Shown here piece by piece: positions 50,107-59,635 of a stretch of 64,000 nucleotides of DNA. The notes below the pieces were generated by a model. That model was not told where the DNA came from. It worked only from the letters and a program-made list of their open reading frames with translations, and searched no databases. The stretch lies in NCBI GenBank assembly GCA_038245785.1, contig JBBRSB010000009.1, positions 1 through 64,000 on the forward strand. The letters run 5' to 3'. The DNA is from Gloeobacterales cyanobacterium (GTDB lineage: Bacteria; Cyanobacteriota; Cyanobacteriia; Gloeobacterales; PMM-0068). A program made the position numbers and the translations under genes. Numbering within the stretch: the stretch's first letter is position 1; each line of letters starts with the position of its first letter.

Positions 50107-51261
50107 CTAGCGACGGGGTGGCATCGTGTTTGTCATGGGCGGACGAGAAGCCGTTCCAGGGCCAGCCCCTGCTCCTGGACGAGGCGCTCCACCAATCATG
50201 CGCAGTAATTCATCGGGGCGCGAGGTCTTCATCATTGCATTCTCGAAGCTTATCTTGCCGCCCACATAAAGGTCTCTCAAAACATTCTCCAAGGTTTGCA
50301 TGCCGGTCGCCGCTCCCGTTTGAATTGAGGAGTAAATCTGCGCTGTTTTCCCTTCTCGAATCAAGTTGGCAATAGCTGGGGTGACCACCATGATTTCTTG
50401 GGCAAGACAGCGAGAGCCCACCCCTTTCTCAGGATTGAGACGAGGAATCAAACACTGGGAGAAAACCGCCACTAAAGAGCTAGAAAGCTGGACCCTCACT
50501 TGTTGTTGTTGAATCGGCGGAAACACATCTACCATACGGTCTACGGTTTGAGAAGCGGAACTGGTATGCAACGTTCCAAATACTAAGTGGCCTGTTTCTG
50601 CAGCCGTAATCGCTAACTGAATGGTTTCCAAATCCCGCATTTCCCCAACCAGGATCACATCAGGATCTTCCCGCATAGCTGCTCTCAAGGCATTGGCGAA
50701 ACTCTTGGTATCTTCACCCACCTGGCGCTGGTTAATAAAAGAACGGACGGGTTTGTAGATGTATTCAATCGGGTCTTCAACGGTCAGGATATGCTCTGAA
50801 CGACTGTTGTTAATGTAGTCAACCAGGGAGGCTAGGGTTGTAGACTTTCCAGAGCCTGTTGGTCCTGTCACGAGCACCAAACCTCTGGGTTTATCAGCAA
50901 TCTCCTTCATCACCGAAGGTAAGCCCAATTGCTGCATAGAAGGAATTTTCGAGCTTAAAGCTCTCAGAGCCGCCGCATAGGAGCCCTTGTCTTTGTAGAC
51001 ATTGACCCGAAAACGTCCCAATCCCATCACGCCATAGGAGCAATCCAATTCCCAGTTCTGCTCTAAATACTTCCGCTGGTTGTTGTTCAGCATCGAAAAG
51101 ATAATGCGCTGGGTATCTTCTGGGGTGAGCGATTCTTCGCCTACATAGTTGAGTTTCCCCCCAGCCCGGATGCAGGGAGGGAGCCCCGCTGCGAGATGGA
51201 GGTCAGACCCAGAGCGGTCGATTACCTCTTGCAGTAGGTCTTCCATCATGAAACTAACCAT
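50107..51261 (-). CDS. pilT: Type IV pilus retraction ATPase
   Basis: GPTGSGKSTT, EDPIE, AIANLIRE. Confidence 0.95.
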   Translation of the reverse strand: MVSFMMEDLLQEVIDRSGSDLHLAAGLPPCIRAGGKLNYVGEESLTPEDTQRIIFSMLNNNQRKYLEQNWELDCSYGVMGLGRFRVNVYKDKGSYAAALRALSSKIPSMQQLGLPSVMKEIADKPRGLVLVTGPTGSGKSTTLASLVDYINNSRSEHILTVEDPIEYIYKPVRSFINQRQVGEDTKSFANALRAAMREDPDVILVGEMRDLETIQLAITAAETGHLVFGTLHTSSASQTVDRMVDVFPPIQQQQVRVQLSSSLVAVFSQCLIPRLNPEKGVGSRCLAQEIMVVTPAIANLIREGKTAQIYSSIQTGAATGMQTLENVLRDLYVGGKISFENAMMKTSRPDELLRMIGGAPRPGAGAGPGTASRPPMTNTMPPRR

Positions 51262-51282
51262 TCAGTGCTTCCTCCAGAACGT

Positions 51283-53292
51283 TTAACTAGCAATGCGGGG
51301 GGTAGTGCAATAAGGGCAATCCAGCCATTCCGGCTGGAGAGACGCGAAACAGGTGCGGCAGACCAAAGTTGTGTTGCCTTTCTGTGCGGCTTCCAAACCA
51401 GAATCGGAGAGGGTTACCCGTTCCACTTCTTCAAGGGTCGTGCGGCCTTCGATAACGAGCTGTAGGGAATAGGCTAACAGGGTTTTCATGCCTTCTTCAA
51501 TCGCTACTTCCCGAAGCATGTCCGTGGGCGCTTCTCTATTGATCAGGTCGCGTAGCTTGTCCGAGAGGCGAAGCAGTTCATAGACCCCGATCCGTCCTTT
51601 GTAGCCCACTCCGCTACAGGTATTGCAAACGGGCTGGCCTGCGCGCTTGCATTCATCAATCTCTTGGTTAGAAAGCGATTGAGCCCGGTAAAAGGTTATA
51701 GCCGAGACCCGACTGGTCAGCAAGCCAAAAGCATGAAGTCGATCTTCAGAGGGAGTATAGGGCATGCGGCAATCAGCACATACCTTACGCAAAAGGCGCT
51801 GGGCCAGGATTCCAACCAGCGAGCTGGAGAGCATAAAGGGCTCCACACCCATCTCCGCTAGACGGGCAATCGCTCCTGGTGCATCGTTAGTATGGAGCGT
51901 AGTCAAGACCAGGTGTCCGGTGAGGGCCGCTTCTACCGCTGTCTTAGCCGTCTCCAAGTCCCGCGTCTCTCCCACCAACATAATGTCTGGATCTTGACGA
52001 AGGAAGGCTCTCAGGATTCGGGAAAAGTCCATTCCTTTCTCACGGATGACCTGAACCTGTGTAATTCCAGGAAGCGTATATTCTACGGGGTCTTCTGCAG
52101 TGGTGATGTTGACATCGGGAGTATTGCGTTCAGCTAGAGCCGAATACAAGCTTGTGGTTTTACCAGAACCTGTGGGTCCGGTGACCAAAATCATGCCGTA
52201 GGGTTTGGCAATCATTTCTCGGAAGGAGTCCAGGGTTGCCTGGTCGGTGATCAGTTGGTCAAGACCAAGCTTAGTGTTGGAGTTGTCCAAAATCCGCAAA
52301 ACGATCTTCTCGCCAAATCTAGAAGGCAACGTACTAACCCGAAAATCGATAGACCGTCCTTTATAGTTACGACGAATCCGACCATCTTGCGGCTGGCGAC
52401 GTTCGGCAATATCTAGCTCCGACATAATCTTGAAACGAGAAACTATGGCTGGGATGATCCGCTTAGGCAAGGGGTCAAAGGCTTCCTGGAGGACCCCATC
52501 CCGACGGAAGCGGATCCGCATCGTATCCTCTTGCGGTTCGATATGGATGTCAGAGACACCCTGGTCAATTGCCTTAAGCAAGATGGTGTTGGAAAGCTTG
52601 ATGATCGGGGCATCTTCTGCTGCTCGTGAAAGCTGCCCTAAGTCTGCGCCTTCCTCATCAGAAACTTCTTCCAAGTCGGCCCCTGCGTCCAGAGAATCGT
52701 AGAGCTTGTCCATCTCAGCGCTACCTGTGTCCTCTTCTTCTACAGAGAGGCTTGCAAGCTCTGAAGCTTGCGTATCGAGATAGTTGGAGATTACCCGCTG
52801 ATAATCTTCCGGGGTAATGACAATCCGCTGTAGCGTCAGCCCTTTGGCCCGAAGACGGCGGCTGACATCATCCAATGCCTGGAGGTCTTCCGGGTCTACC
52901 ATTGCTACCACAGCCGTGTTGTCGACCTGGCGAACCGGCACTATCTGATAGCGGGTGCATACCTCTAAGGGCATCAACCCATCTACTAGTTTGACCACTT
53001 GGTCCTTATCCAGCACTTCCCGGTCTACATCAAAAGACTGGACTCCATAGAGGATCTTGAGCTCGAAGAGCTGCTGAACTTTGAACTCTTGTAAGAGTTC
53101 CGGTGAGACCTGCTTGCCCGTGACATCTTTAAGAACGTCTCCAAGAGACCTTTTGGTCCGCCGCTGCTCTTTGATGGCCGTATGGTACTGGTCCTCAGAC
53201 AGCAGTCCCAACTTAATCATTTTCTCGCCAAGCGGCGAAATCGCCTTACGGGTTTGTAAAGCGCGACGGCCTGGGATAGGACTCAAACTCAT
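51283..53292 (-). CDS. pilB: Type IV pilus assembly ATPase with cyanobacterial C-terminal Cys motif
   Basis: GPTGSGKTT, LRQDPD, two Zn motifs. Confidence 0.95.
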   Translation of the reverse strand: MSLSPIPGRRALQTRKAISPLGEKMIKLGLLSEDQYHTAIKEQRRTKRSLGDVLKDVTGKQVSPELLQEFKVQQLFELKILYGVQSFDVDREVLDKDQVVKLVDGLMPLEVCTRYQIVPVRQVDNTAVVAMVDPEDLQALDDVSRRLRAKGLTLQRIVITPEDYQRVISNYLDTQASELASLSVEEEDTGSAEMDKLYDSLDAGADLEEVSDEEGADLGQLSRAAEDAPIIKLSNTILLKAIDQGVSDIHIEPQEDTMRIRFRRDGVLQEAFDPLPKRIIPAIVSRFKIMSELDIAERRQPQDGRIRRNYKGRSIDFRVSTLPSRFGEKIVLRILDNSNTKLGLDQLITDQATLDSFREMIAKPYGMILVTGPTGSGKTTSLYSALAERNTPDVNITTAEDPVEYTLPGITQVQVIREKGMDFSRILRAFLRQDPDIMLVGETRDLETAKTAVEAALTGHLVLTTLHTNDAPGAIARLAEMGVEPFMLSSSLVGILAQRLLRKVCADCRMPYTPSEDRLHAFGLLTSRVSAITFYRAQSLSNQEIDECKRAGQPVCNTCSGVGYKGRIGVYELLRLSDKLRDLINREAPTDMLREVAIEEGMKTLLAYSLQLVIEGRTTLEEVERVTLSDSGLEAAQKGNTTLVCRTCFASLQPEWLDCPYCTTPRIAS

Positions 53293-53591
53293 AAATAGCC
53301 CCTTAGTGACAACGGCAGATCCCCCGCAACGTGGCTAGAGGCTGCACAGCTTAGGTTTATCATTCCCCGTTCTTTCAAAAAGTCTACCGAAGAAGTCCAA
53401 ATAACGAGCAGATTCTCAGCGTAAGCGAGATCAACTTCATGGAATCTTTAAATGCAGCTCACACAACCTTGAAGATTTGCGAACTTCTCTACCCATAGGA
53501 TGACTACATGGTGAAGAAAAGCTGCTATGTCGTCCCTGGAAGACATCAGCTCTTTGTCCACATTATTAAGTCCACAAAGTGAGGAGAGGGA

Positions 53592-54356
53592 ATGTACGCT
53601 CAAGCAGAAAAGTCTAATACCCTAGAACTTTTGCAAGCCTATCGTACGAAGCCCAGTGTGGCTGTCAGAAATCGTCTAGTCCAACAGAATATCGGTTTGG
53701 TGAGAAAAGTAGCTCACCAGGTAAGTCGTCACTGTGCTGAGCCCTATGAGGATTTGGTGCAAGTCGGTTCTATGGGGTTGATTCGGGCTGTAGAGCGTTT
53801 TGATATTGGTCGTGGCCATTCCTTCAGTTCTTTTGCTGTCCCTTATATCCGGGGAGAAATGCAGCACTATTTACGGGACCGTAGCAGCTCGGTACGCATC
53901 CCTCGCCGCTTCCAAGAACTAGCCCGCAAGGGTCGTCGTGTTTCTCAAGAGCTGGGAGAAGATTTGGGCCGTCTTCCTAAAGAATGTGAAGTGGCTGATG
54001 CCTTAGAAATTAGTGTGGAAGAGTGGCATGATGTGCGCCTAGCAAAAGTCAATCGCCTCCCTCTTAGCTTGGATGCTCCTGTAAGTGCTCAGGAAGATGC
54101 GACCTTCTCTTTAGGAGATATTCTTCCGGATTCGAAATACCAGAGTTTCCGGTTAGTTGAAGAAGATCGTTTACGCTTACGGCAAGCCCTTCATGAGTTG
54201 GAAGATCCGACCCGTGACATCCTGGAATTTGTCTTTTTTCAAGACTTAACCCAAACAGAAACAGCACGCAGACTGGGCCTTTCTCCCATGACCGTGTCCC
54301 GGAAGATCAAATCAGGACTGCGCCAGCTCTGGCATATTCTGGATGCCCCTGTCTAG
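53592..54356 (+). CDS. sigF: Group 3 sigma factor SigF
   Basis: EPYEDLVQVG, FAVPYIRGEM.HYLRD; divergent from pilB. Confidence 0.85.
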   Translation: MYAQAEKSNTLELLQAYRTKPSVAVRNRLVQQNIGLVRKVAHQVSRHCAEPYEDLVQVGSMGLIRAVERFDIGRGHSFSSFAVPYIRGEMQHYLRDRSSSVRIPRRFQELARKGRRVSQELGEDLGRLPKECEVADALEISVEEWHDVRLAKVNRLPLSLDAPVSAQEDATFSLGDILPDSKYQSFRLVEEDRLRLRQALHELEDPTRDILEFVFFQDLTQTETARRLGLSPMTVSRKIKSGLRQLWHILDAPV

Positions 54357-54594
54357 TCTCTCTTCATAAAAATTTAAATAGGTCCTGCACGGCTGTGTAG
54401 GGCCTATTTAGTATCTATGTCAGGAGGGTATCAATACTTGATAATTCGAAAGAAATTGTTATCTATATTATGATTGTTAACACAAGTAAGAATCCTTCAG
54501 GCCATTGCCTGTTGGGGATCACTTGAGATAAAGTCCATAGGAAGCACTTAGCATAGTGTATTTAAAGTTAACACCATCATAGATTTGACAAGGA

Positions 54595-55332
54595 GTGGCC
54601 CCCTTGGATAACCGCAAAGAGAAGATCCTAGTGGTGGATGATGAAGCAAGCATCCGCCGCATCTTAGAAACACGCCTATCGATGATCGGCTACAGCGTCA
54701 TTACTGCTGCCGATGGAGAAGAGGCGCTTGAAACTTTCCATAAAGAACGTCCTGACCTCGTGGTCCTTGATGTGATGATGCCAAAGCTAGACGGCTATGG
54801 TGTTTGTCAAGAACTTCGCAAAGAATCTGATGTTCCGATCATCATGCTCACAGCCTTGGGGGATGTGGCCGACCGGATTACAGGTTTAGAGCTGGGAGCC
54901 GATGACTATGTAGTCAAGCCTTTCTCTCCTAAAGAACTGGAGGCGAGGATCCGTTCTGTCTTGAGACGGGTGGACCGGGATGGAGCCAGTGGTATTCCTT
55001 CTTCCGGACTTATCGCCGTTGGGGACCTCAAAATTGACACCAATAAGCGTCAGGTCTACAAGCAGAATGAGCGGGTTCGGTTAACAGGAATGGAGTTTTC
55101 GCTGCTGGAACTTTTGGTCAGCCGTTCAGGGGAAGCTTTCTCTCGCTCAGAAATTCTGCGTGAGGTCTGGGGTTATGAGCCAGAACGCCATGTGGATACT
55201 CGGGTGGTCGATGTGCACATCTCTCGCCTGCGTTCCAAGTTAGAAGAAGACCCCTCTAATCCAGAACTTATTCTGACCGCACGGGGTACGGGTTATTTAT
55301 TCCAGCGCATCACTCCAGAAACTACGGAGTAG
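54595..55332 (+). CDS. rpaB: Response regulator RpaB (Ycf27)
   Basis: DDEASIRRILETRLSMIGY, ELILTARGTGYLFQR. Confidence 0.96.
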   Translation: MAPLDNRKEKILVVDDEASIRRILETRLSMIGYSVITAADGEEALETFHKERPDLVVLDVMMPKLDGYGVCQELRKESDVPIIMLTALGDVADRITGLELGADDYVVKPFSPKELEARIRSVLRRVDRDGASGIPSSGLIAVGDLKIDTNKRQVYKQNERVRLTGMEFSLLELLVSRSGEAFSRSEILREVWGYEPERHVDTRVVDVHISRLRSKLEEDPSNPELILTARGTGYLFQRITPETTE

Positions 55333-56545
55333 GGTCTGTCGGAGTCTGCGGTAGTCTATATGATTTACCACTTGCAGGCACTGCAGGCTTAGCGAGAACT
55401 GGAGCAGGGCTGGGCATAGCTGCGTTAGTTGTATCTGGGCTAGGGCTTTCAGGCGGTGGATTTATAGGAACAGGGCCAGCTTGAATTGGCTCTGAACTTT
55501 TTGTTTCTGGAGCGGATTCGGCGGTAGGCGGTTGTTGCTCGGGTATGGACGGGGGAGCTTCATTGGCCGCTGAAGGTGGGGTGCTAGGCGGCGGCACTTC
55601 TGCCGGGGGGACAGCGACCGGAGGAGTGGCTTCGTTAACAGCCACCTGACTGAGAATAAGGCGCACCAGGGCCTTTTGTTGTTCAAGGTGACCCGAATAG
55701 CTCTTGGGCGCATTGGTGCAGGTGTCAGGGCGGTTATAGCGGTGTTGTACTTCGACATTGAAGTATTGAAGACCTTGCTGATGCGCTATTAGAGAAAGTC
55801 CGCCATTATCTCGTTGGATATTTTCAAAAACGGTATTGACCCCTAGGGCTCTCAATTTTTCAAAGTCTTCTCTGCGGGTAACCAGCACAAAATCATCAGG
55901 GTCCATGCTTGGAGTGCTAAATGGAGGGGCTCCAGCATCCTCGCCATAGGAGCCCCCAGGCGCGTAGCTCTGAATAGTGAAGCTTCCTGGCGTGTTGTTA
56001 TGGAGTGCAATCACTGTTAGGGGCGTTACCTGGGTGCCTATCAAAACGGTGTTGGTGCCGCCAATACCCAAAGCATTTAGGGCTAAAGCCGAAACGGTTC
56101 CAGCCGCACTCACGAACTGAAAAAGGTCCGGTGGACGGGGGCTTTCAGGATGCCGAGTCAAGATTTTATTGATTGAGTAGACTACGCCCCCTGAAGTAAA
56201 CATTTGGTTCGGGTCTAGCCATGTGCCATTCAAAAGTAAGTTGCGGCATGGTCCTGATTTCTGAGCAATCACTCCTGGCTGACGGATCTCTACAATTTTC
56301 CCACCGGTTTCAGGCAATAGCTGATAGGCAGCCTCTCTGGCAATACGTTCATCTTGATGAGGAAGAAAATATAGCAAGTCAGGTCTGGGATTTCCTGGGA
56401 GTTCCGTAACGATGACCTGTACACCATCGATACCTTCCAAGACTTTTTGTGGCAGAGGTTCCGATAGATTTCCTGCAAATACAGGCAAACTCGAACAAAA
56501 GCCTATTCCCAAACATCCCGCTATCAACTTCGTAAATCTGCTCAC
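55322..56545 (-). CDS. Secreted protein with HxxE...H motif and Pro-rich tail
   Basis: Signal peptide; HQDE, ALHNN, NVE; Pro/Ala/Ser-rich C-terminus. Confidence 0.65.
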   Translation of the reverse strand: MSRFTKLIAGCLGIGFCSSLPVFAGNLSEPLPQKVLEGIDGVQVIVTELPGNPRPDLLYFLPHQDERIAREAAYQLLPETGGKIVEIRQPGVIAQKSGPCRNLLLNGTWLDPNQMFTSGGVVYSINKILTRHPESPRPPDLFQFVSAAGTVSALALNALGIGGTNTVLIGTQVTPLTVIALHNNTPGSFTIQSYAPGGSYGEDAGAPPFSTPSMDPDDFVLVTRREDFEKLRALGVNTVFENIQRDNGGLSLIAHQQGLQYFNVEVQHRYNRPDTCTNAPKSYSGHLEQQKALVRLILSQVAVNEATPPVAVPPAEVPPPSTPPSAANEAPPSIPEQQPPTAESAPETKSSEPIQAGPVPINPPPESPSPDTTNAAMPSPAPVLAKPAVPASGKSYRLPQTPTDPTP

Positions 56546-56655
56546 ACGCTAGCCATCCAGTGTTTCATCTAGGTTCTAACAAAATTTAATGGATAATTTT
56601 TATCTTCATAAAAACTTTATGCCTTCTACATATCTTCTTTACGCATCAACTTGCT

Positions 56656-57255
56656 ATGAAGCGCACAATTGCCTTAACTTCACGCGCAGTTTATATGAAA
56701 ACCGTAGTAAATGCTCCAAAAAGACATGTATGGCTGTTTGACCCTCTGAAGAAAGCTTTTTCTCTCTTTGCTTTGGGCGAGAAACCTACAGCACTCCAGT
56801 CTGATGCCAAGAAAGTTGAACTCCTCAATACATTACCCGTACAGAGAGACTCTGGCTTTCAAGTTTTCTGGAAAAATTCTATCTCAGGCCTCTTTAATCC
56901 TGGTTCTGAAGAGTTAATTATTTACTTTTGTGTTTCTCGTTCTGCTAGCCGCGCGCGTAAGACCCAACAACAGATTCAAGCGGAAGGGGGGGCTGCAGAA
57001 ATACTGCGTCTTGTTGGTTGGGATTTAGAAAATCCAGCAGTTGCTGTTGAAGTCGGTGTCATAGGGCCTAGGACTTGGGAATGCAGGCAGCTTAGAATGG
57101 AAGGAGTGCGAGAGCCTTTTGGCTATGTGATTCTTTCTTCGTCCTATGCTCCTGGAATGATCAATTCGTTTAGCATCCGTTATGAAGAACTCTATCGACA
57201 GCCTGTTCGTTTTCTTTTGGATGAACACTCCTCCTGCGTGCGCTTGACAAAGTAA
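56656..57255 (+). CDS. Hypothetical protein
   Basis: 199-aa ORF; no confident motif. Confidence 0.55.
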   Translation: MKRTIALTSRAVYMKTVVNAPKRHVWLFDPLKKAFSLFALGEKPTALQSDAKKVELLNTLPVQRDSGFQVFWKNSISGLFNPGSEELIIYFCVSRSASRARKTQQQIQAEGGAAEILRLVGWDLENPAVAVEVGVIGPRTWECRQLRMEGVREPFGYVILSSSYAPGMINSFSIRYEELYRQPVRFLLDEHSSCVRLTK

Positions 57256-57328
57256 ATTCATAGAATCTTCAGATAGAGCGCCTATGCAAGCAGCACCTTA
57301 GTTAGTGAGTAGGACTCCTCACTCATCC

Positions 57329-57359
57329 AAAACGACCCAATTTCACGGGTCGTTTTTTT
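57329..57359 (+). terminator. Intrinsic terminator
   Basis: AAAACGACCC/GGGTCGTTTT stem plus a T run. Confidence 0.8.
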
Positions 57360-57481
57360 ATGGCCGCCATCAGACCTGTCGCGTAGACAAGCTTCGAAAA
57401 AGATCTTAATACTGTCGTCACATAAAGTTCAAGCGAGCAGGGAATGATAGGTAGCGGACACCTTGAGTCATCTTCTCAATC

Positions 57482-57841
57482 ATGGAAATAGAAATCAGTC
57501 AAAGGCTTGGAAGTAAGGCTGATCAAGCAGCCCATTTAAATGACCAAATACGTCGAGAAGGCCTAAGTGCTCAATGGAGACTAAGTCTAAAGGTGAAGCA
57601 GCTAAGTCTAAAAAACCTTGAAGTAGTAATTCAGAAAGTTCAAGATTATAAAGAGTTTGGCCTTGATACAAATAGGCATGAATCAGGGACCTTTAAGCAT
57701 GAAGAGAAAAACTATTTTTGGATGATTGACTATTATCGTCCCTACACAGGGGCACAAGACCTCAAAAGTGCAGCGCCCCTAGATCCGAGTGATCCAGGAA
57801 CCATGAGAGTATTACGCTTAATGTTGCAGGAAGAGCTATAA
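57482..57841 (+). CDS. DUF3768-family protein
   Basis: LND..R, H..G, W.IDYY, DP.DP..T.RVL.LM..EE. Confidence 0.75.
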   Translation: MEIEISQRLGSKADQAAHLNDQIRREGLSAQWRLSLKVKQLSLKNLEVVIQKVQDYKEFGLDTNRHESGTFKHEEKNYFWMIDYYRPYTGAQDLKSAAPLDPSDPGTMRVLRLMLQEEL

Positions 57842-57897
57842 GGGAAAGACCTTCGATAGAAATCCCGTGCTGTGAAGATTAAAGTTTGGATGAAAAT

Positions 57898-58230
57898 ATG
57901 AGTAACAAAATACAGGTCAAAGAAGCTGGTGAAATCAAACCCGTCGCTACAGGATATGGAGTATGTTTTGCAACTAGTGAAATAGCTGTAAAAAGACACA
58001 AGGTTGGCTATTTTTATCGCGAAAAGCCTAATAGCTATGCTGATAGTGGTTGGCGCTTTTTATCAGGATATGAATCTGCTGAATTCATGGCTAATCCAAA
58101 TAATACTGGCTTATACGATATCAATATCATTGCCAATTGTGATCCAGCTATCATTGCCTATCTTCATAAACCCATAGGATCTGTATTTATTCGTGATTCA
58201 AAGACAGATACTTTTCTGGATATGATATAG
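57898..58230 (+). CDS. DUF2185 (immunity-protein-like) protein
   Basis: VGYFYREKP....DSGWRFLSG.E. Confidence 0.8.
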   Translation: MSNKIQVKEAGEIKPVATGYGVCFATSEIAVKRHKVGYFYREKPNSYADSGWRFLSGYESAEFMANPNNTGLYDINIIANCDPAIIAYLHKPIGSVFIRDSKTDTFLDMI

Positions 58231-58237
58231 ATAGCCG

Positions 58238-59137
58238 CTACAGATGCAGTAAGTAATTCCAAAGAGGCAAGGTCAGTGCTAAAAAGCCGACCCCACCAGC
58301 AATCGAAGTTACGGCTGCCAATCGGTCTTGGTTATAGGTTTCAGCCAGAATGAGTGTGGCAAAGGCCGGAGGCATCGCGGACTGAAGTACAAGTGCGCTG
58401 AGGATTGGCCCTACAAACCCAAAAGCACGAAGCGTCGCCCAAATGGCTAGCGGCACAATGAGCATTTTGATGAAGAGCGCGGGCAGAACTTCTATCAGCG
58501 AACCCCAGGTTTTCACTTGCCCTAGGCGCATTCCTAGCAGTAATAAACTGCCACTAATTGCTGCTTCTCCCACAAATTTTAGGGGGCTAGCTACTGAGGT
58601 AGGCAAGGGCACTTGCAAGGTAAGCAAGGCAAATACAAAAGCGAGGAGTATAGGATTGCTGGCAAGACTGCGCAATAAGCTCTTCCAGCCTATAGGTTGT
58701 CCCTGCCAATATTCAGACAGAACAGGTCCCAGGCCATAGCCTCCCAAAAGCGTTCCAAAGAGGTCATAGACTAGAGCCCAGCCGAAATACTTCACGTCAA
58801 TCAGGGCCAAGATAAGCGGAAATCCGATAAAGCCTGTATTGCCAATTCCTGCGCTAAGCCTGAGCGTTTGAGTCGTTTGCGTAGGGAGTTGGCTCCTGCG
58901 ATACCAAAAAGAAGCTAGGACAAAACCAGAAAGTAGAGCTACCCAGGCAACGACTGCAGCCTGCCAGAGACTGCTAGAAAACTCTGCTCGCCGAATAAAA
59001 CTGAGGACGGCAAGGGGTGTACCGACCCAAAAAAGGAAAGAGGCCAGATATCCTGGCCATCGGGAAGGCAAGATCCGAACCAGTAGAAATCCGGCGGTTC
59101 CCCAAGCCAATAGAGGTGCATAAACCTGAAAAAGCAT
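58238..59137 (-). CDS. AEC-family transporter
   Basis: GNTGFIGFP, SAMPPA. Confidence 0.88.
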   Translation of the reverse strand: MLFQVYAPLLAWGTAGFLLVRILPSRWPGYLASFLFWVGTPLAVLSFIRRAEFSSSLWQAAVVAWVALLSGFVLASFWYRRSQLPTQTTQTLRLSAGIGNTGFIGFPLILALIDVKYFGWALVYDLFGTLLGGYGLGPVLSEYWQGQPIGWKSLLRSLASNPILLAFVFALLTLQVPLPTSVASPLKFVGEAAISGSLLLLGMRLGQVKTWGSLIEVLPALFIKMLIVPLAIWATLRAFGFVGPILSALVLQSAMPPAFATLILAETYNQDRLAAVTSIAGGVGFLALTLPLWNYLLHL

Positions 59138-59191
59138 CGACTAATCTTACGGGCGGCGTGGAAAGATAGACACAGCTTATCGTGGAGTTTT

Positions 59192-59566
59192 ATGAGTCTT
59201 ATTCAAACTATTCGTGGACAGGGAAATAAAGGCCCCTACTCTCAATCCGTTATTTATGAGGGACTCGTTTTCACGGCGGGCCAGGTTCCCGTCATTCCAG
59301 AAACGGGGACGATGATTCAAGGTTCTATTGCTGAGGAGGCGACTCAGGTTCTGACAAATCTCCAACGGGTCCTCACAGAAGCCGGTAGTAGTCTAAGTCG
59401 CGTTTTGAAAGTAACGGTTTATCTTGCCGATATGGAAGACTTTGGGCAGTTTAATCAGGTATACCAGCAGTTTTTTGTAGAGCATTTACCCGCGCGCACC
59501 TGTATTCAGGCAGGCAAGTTACCGTTTGGAGTAAAGGTAGAGGTTGAAGCCGTGGCCGCTCTGTGA
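59192..59566 (+). CDS. RidA/YjgF-family deaminase
   Basis: GPYSQ, AGQ, PARTC, VEVE. Confidence 0.9.
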   Translation: MSLIQTIRGQGNKGPYSQSVIYEGLVFTAGQVPVIPETGTMIQGSIAEEATQVLTNLQRVLTEAGSSLSRVLKVTVYLADMEDFGQFNQVYQQFFVEHLPARTCIQAGKLPFGVKVEVEAVAAL

Positions 59567-59635
59567 TAACTGTAAGGGCGCGGACATTGTGTGATTTATG
59601 CACTTTTTGAGATCACGCCTTCTAGAATTAATTTA

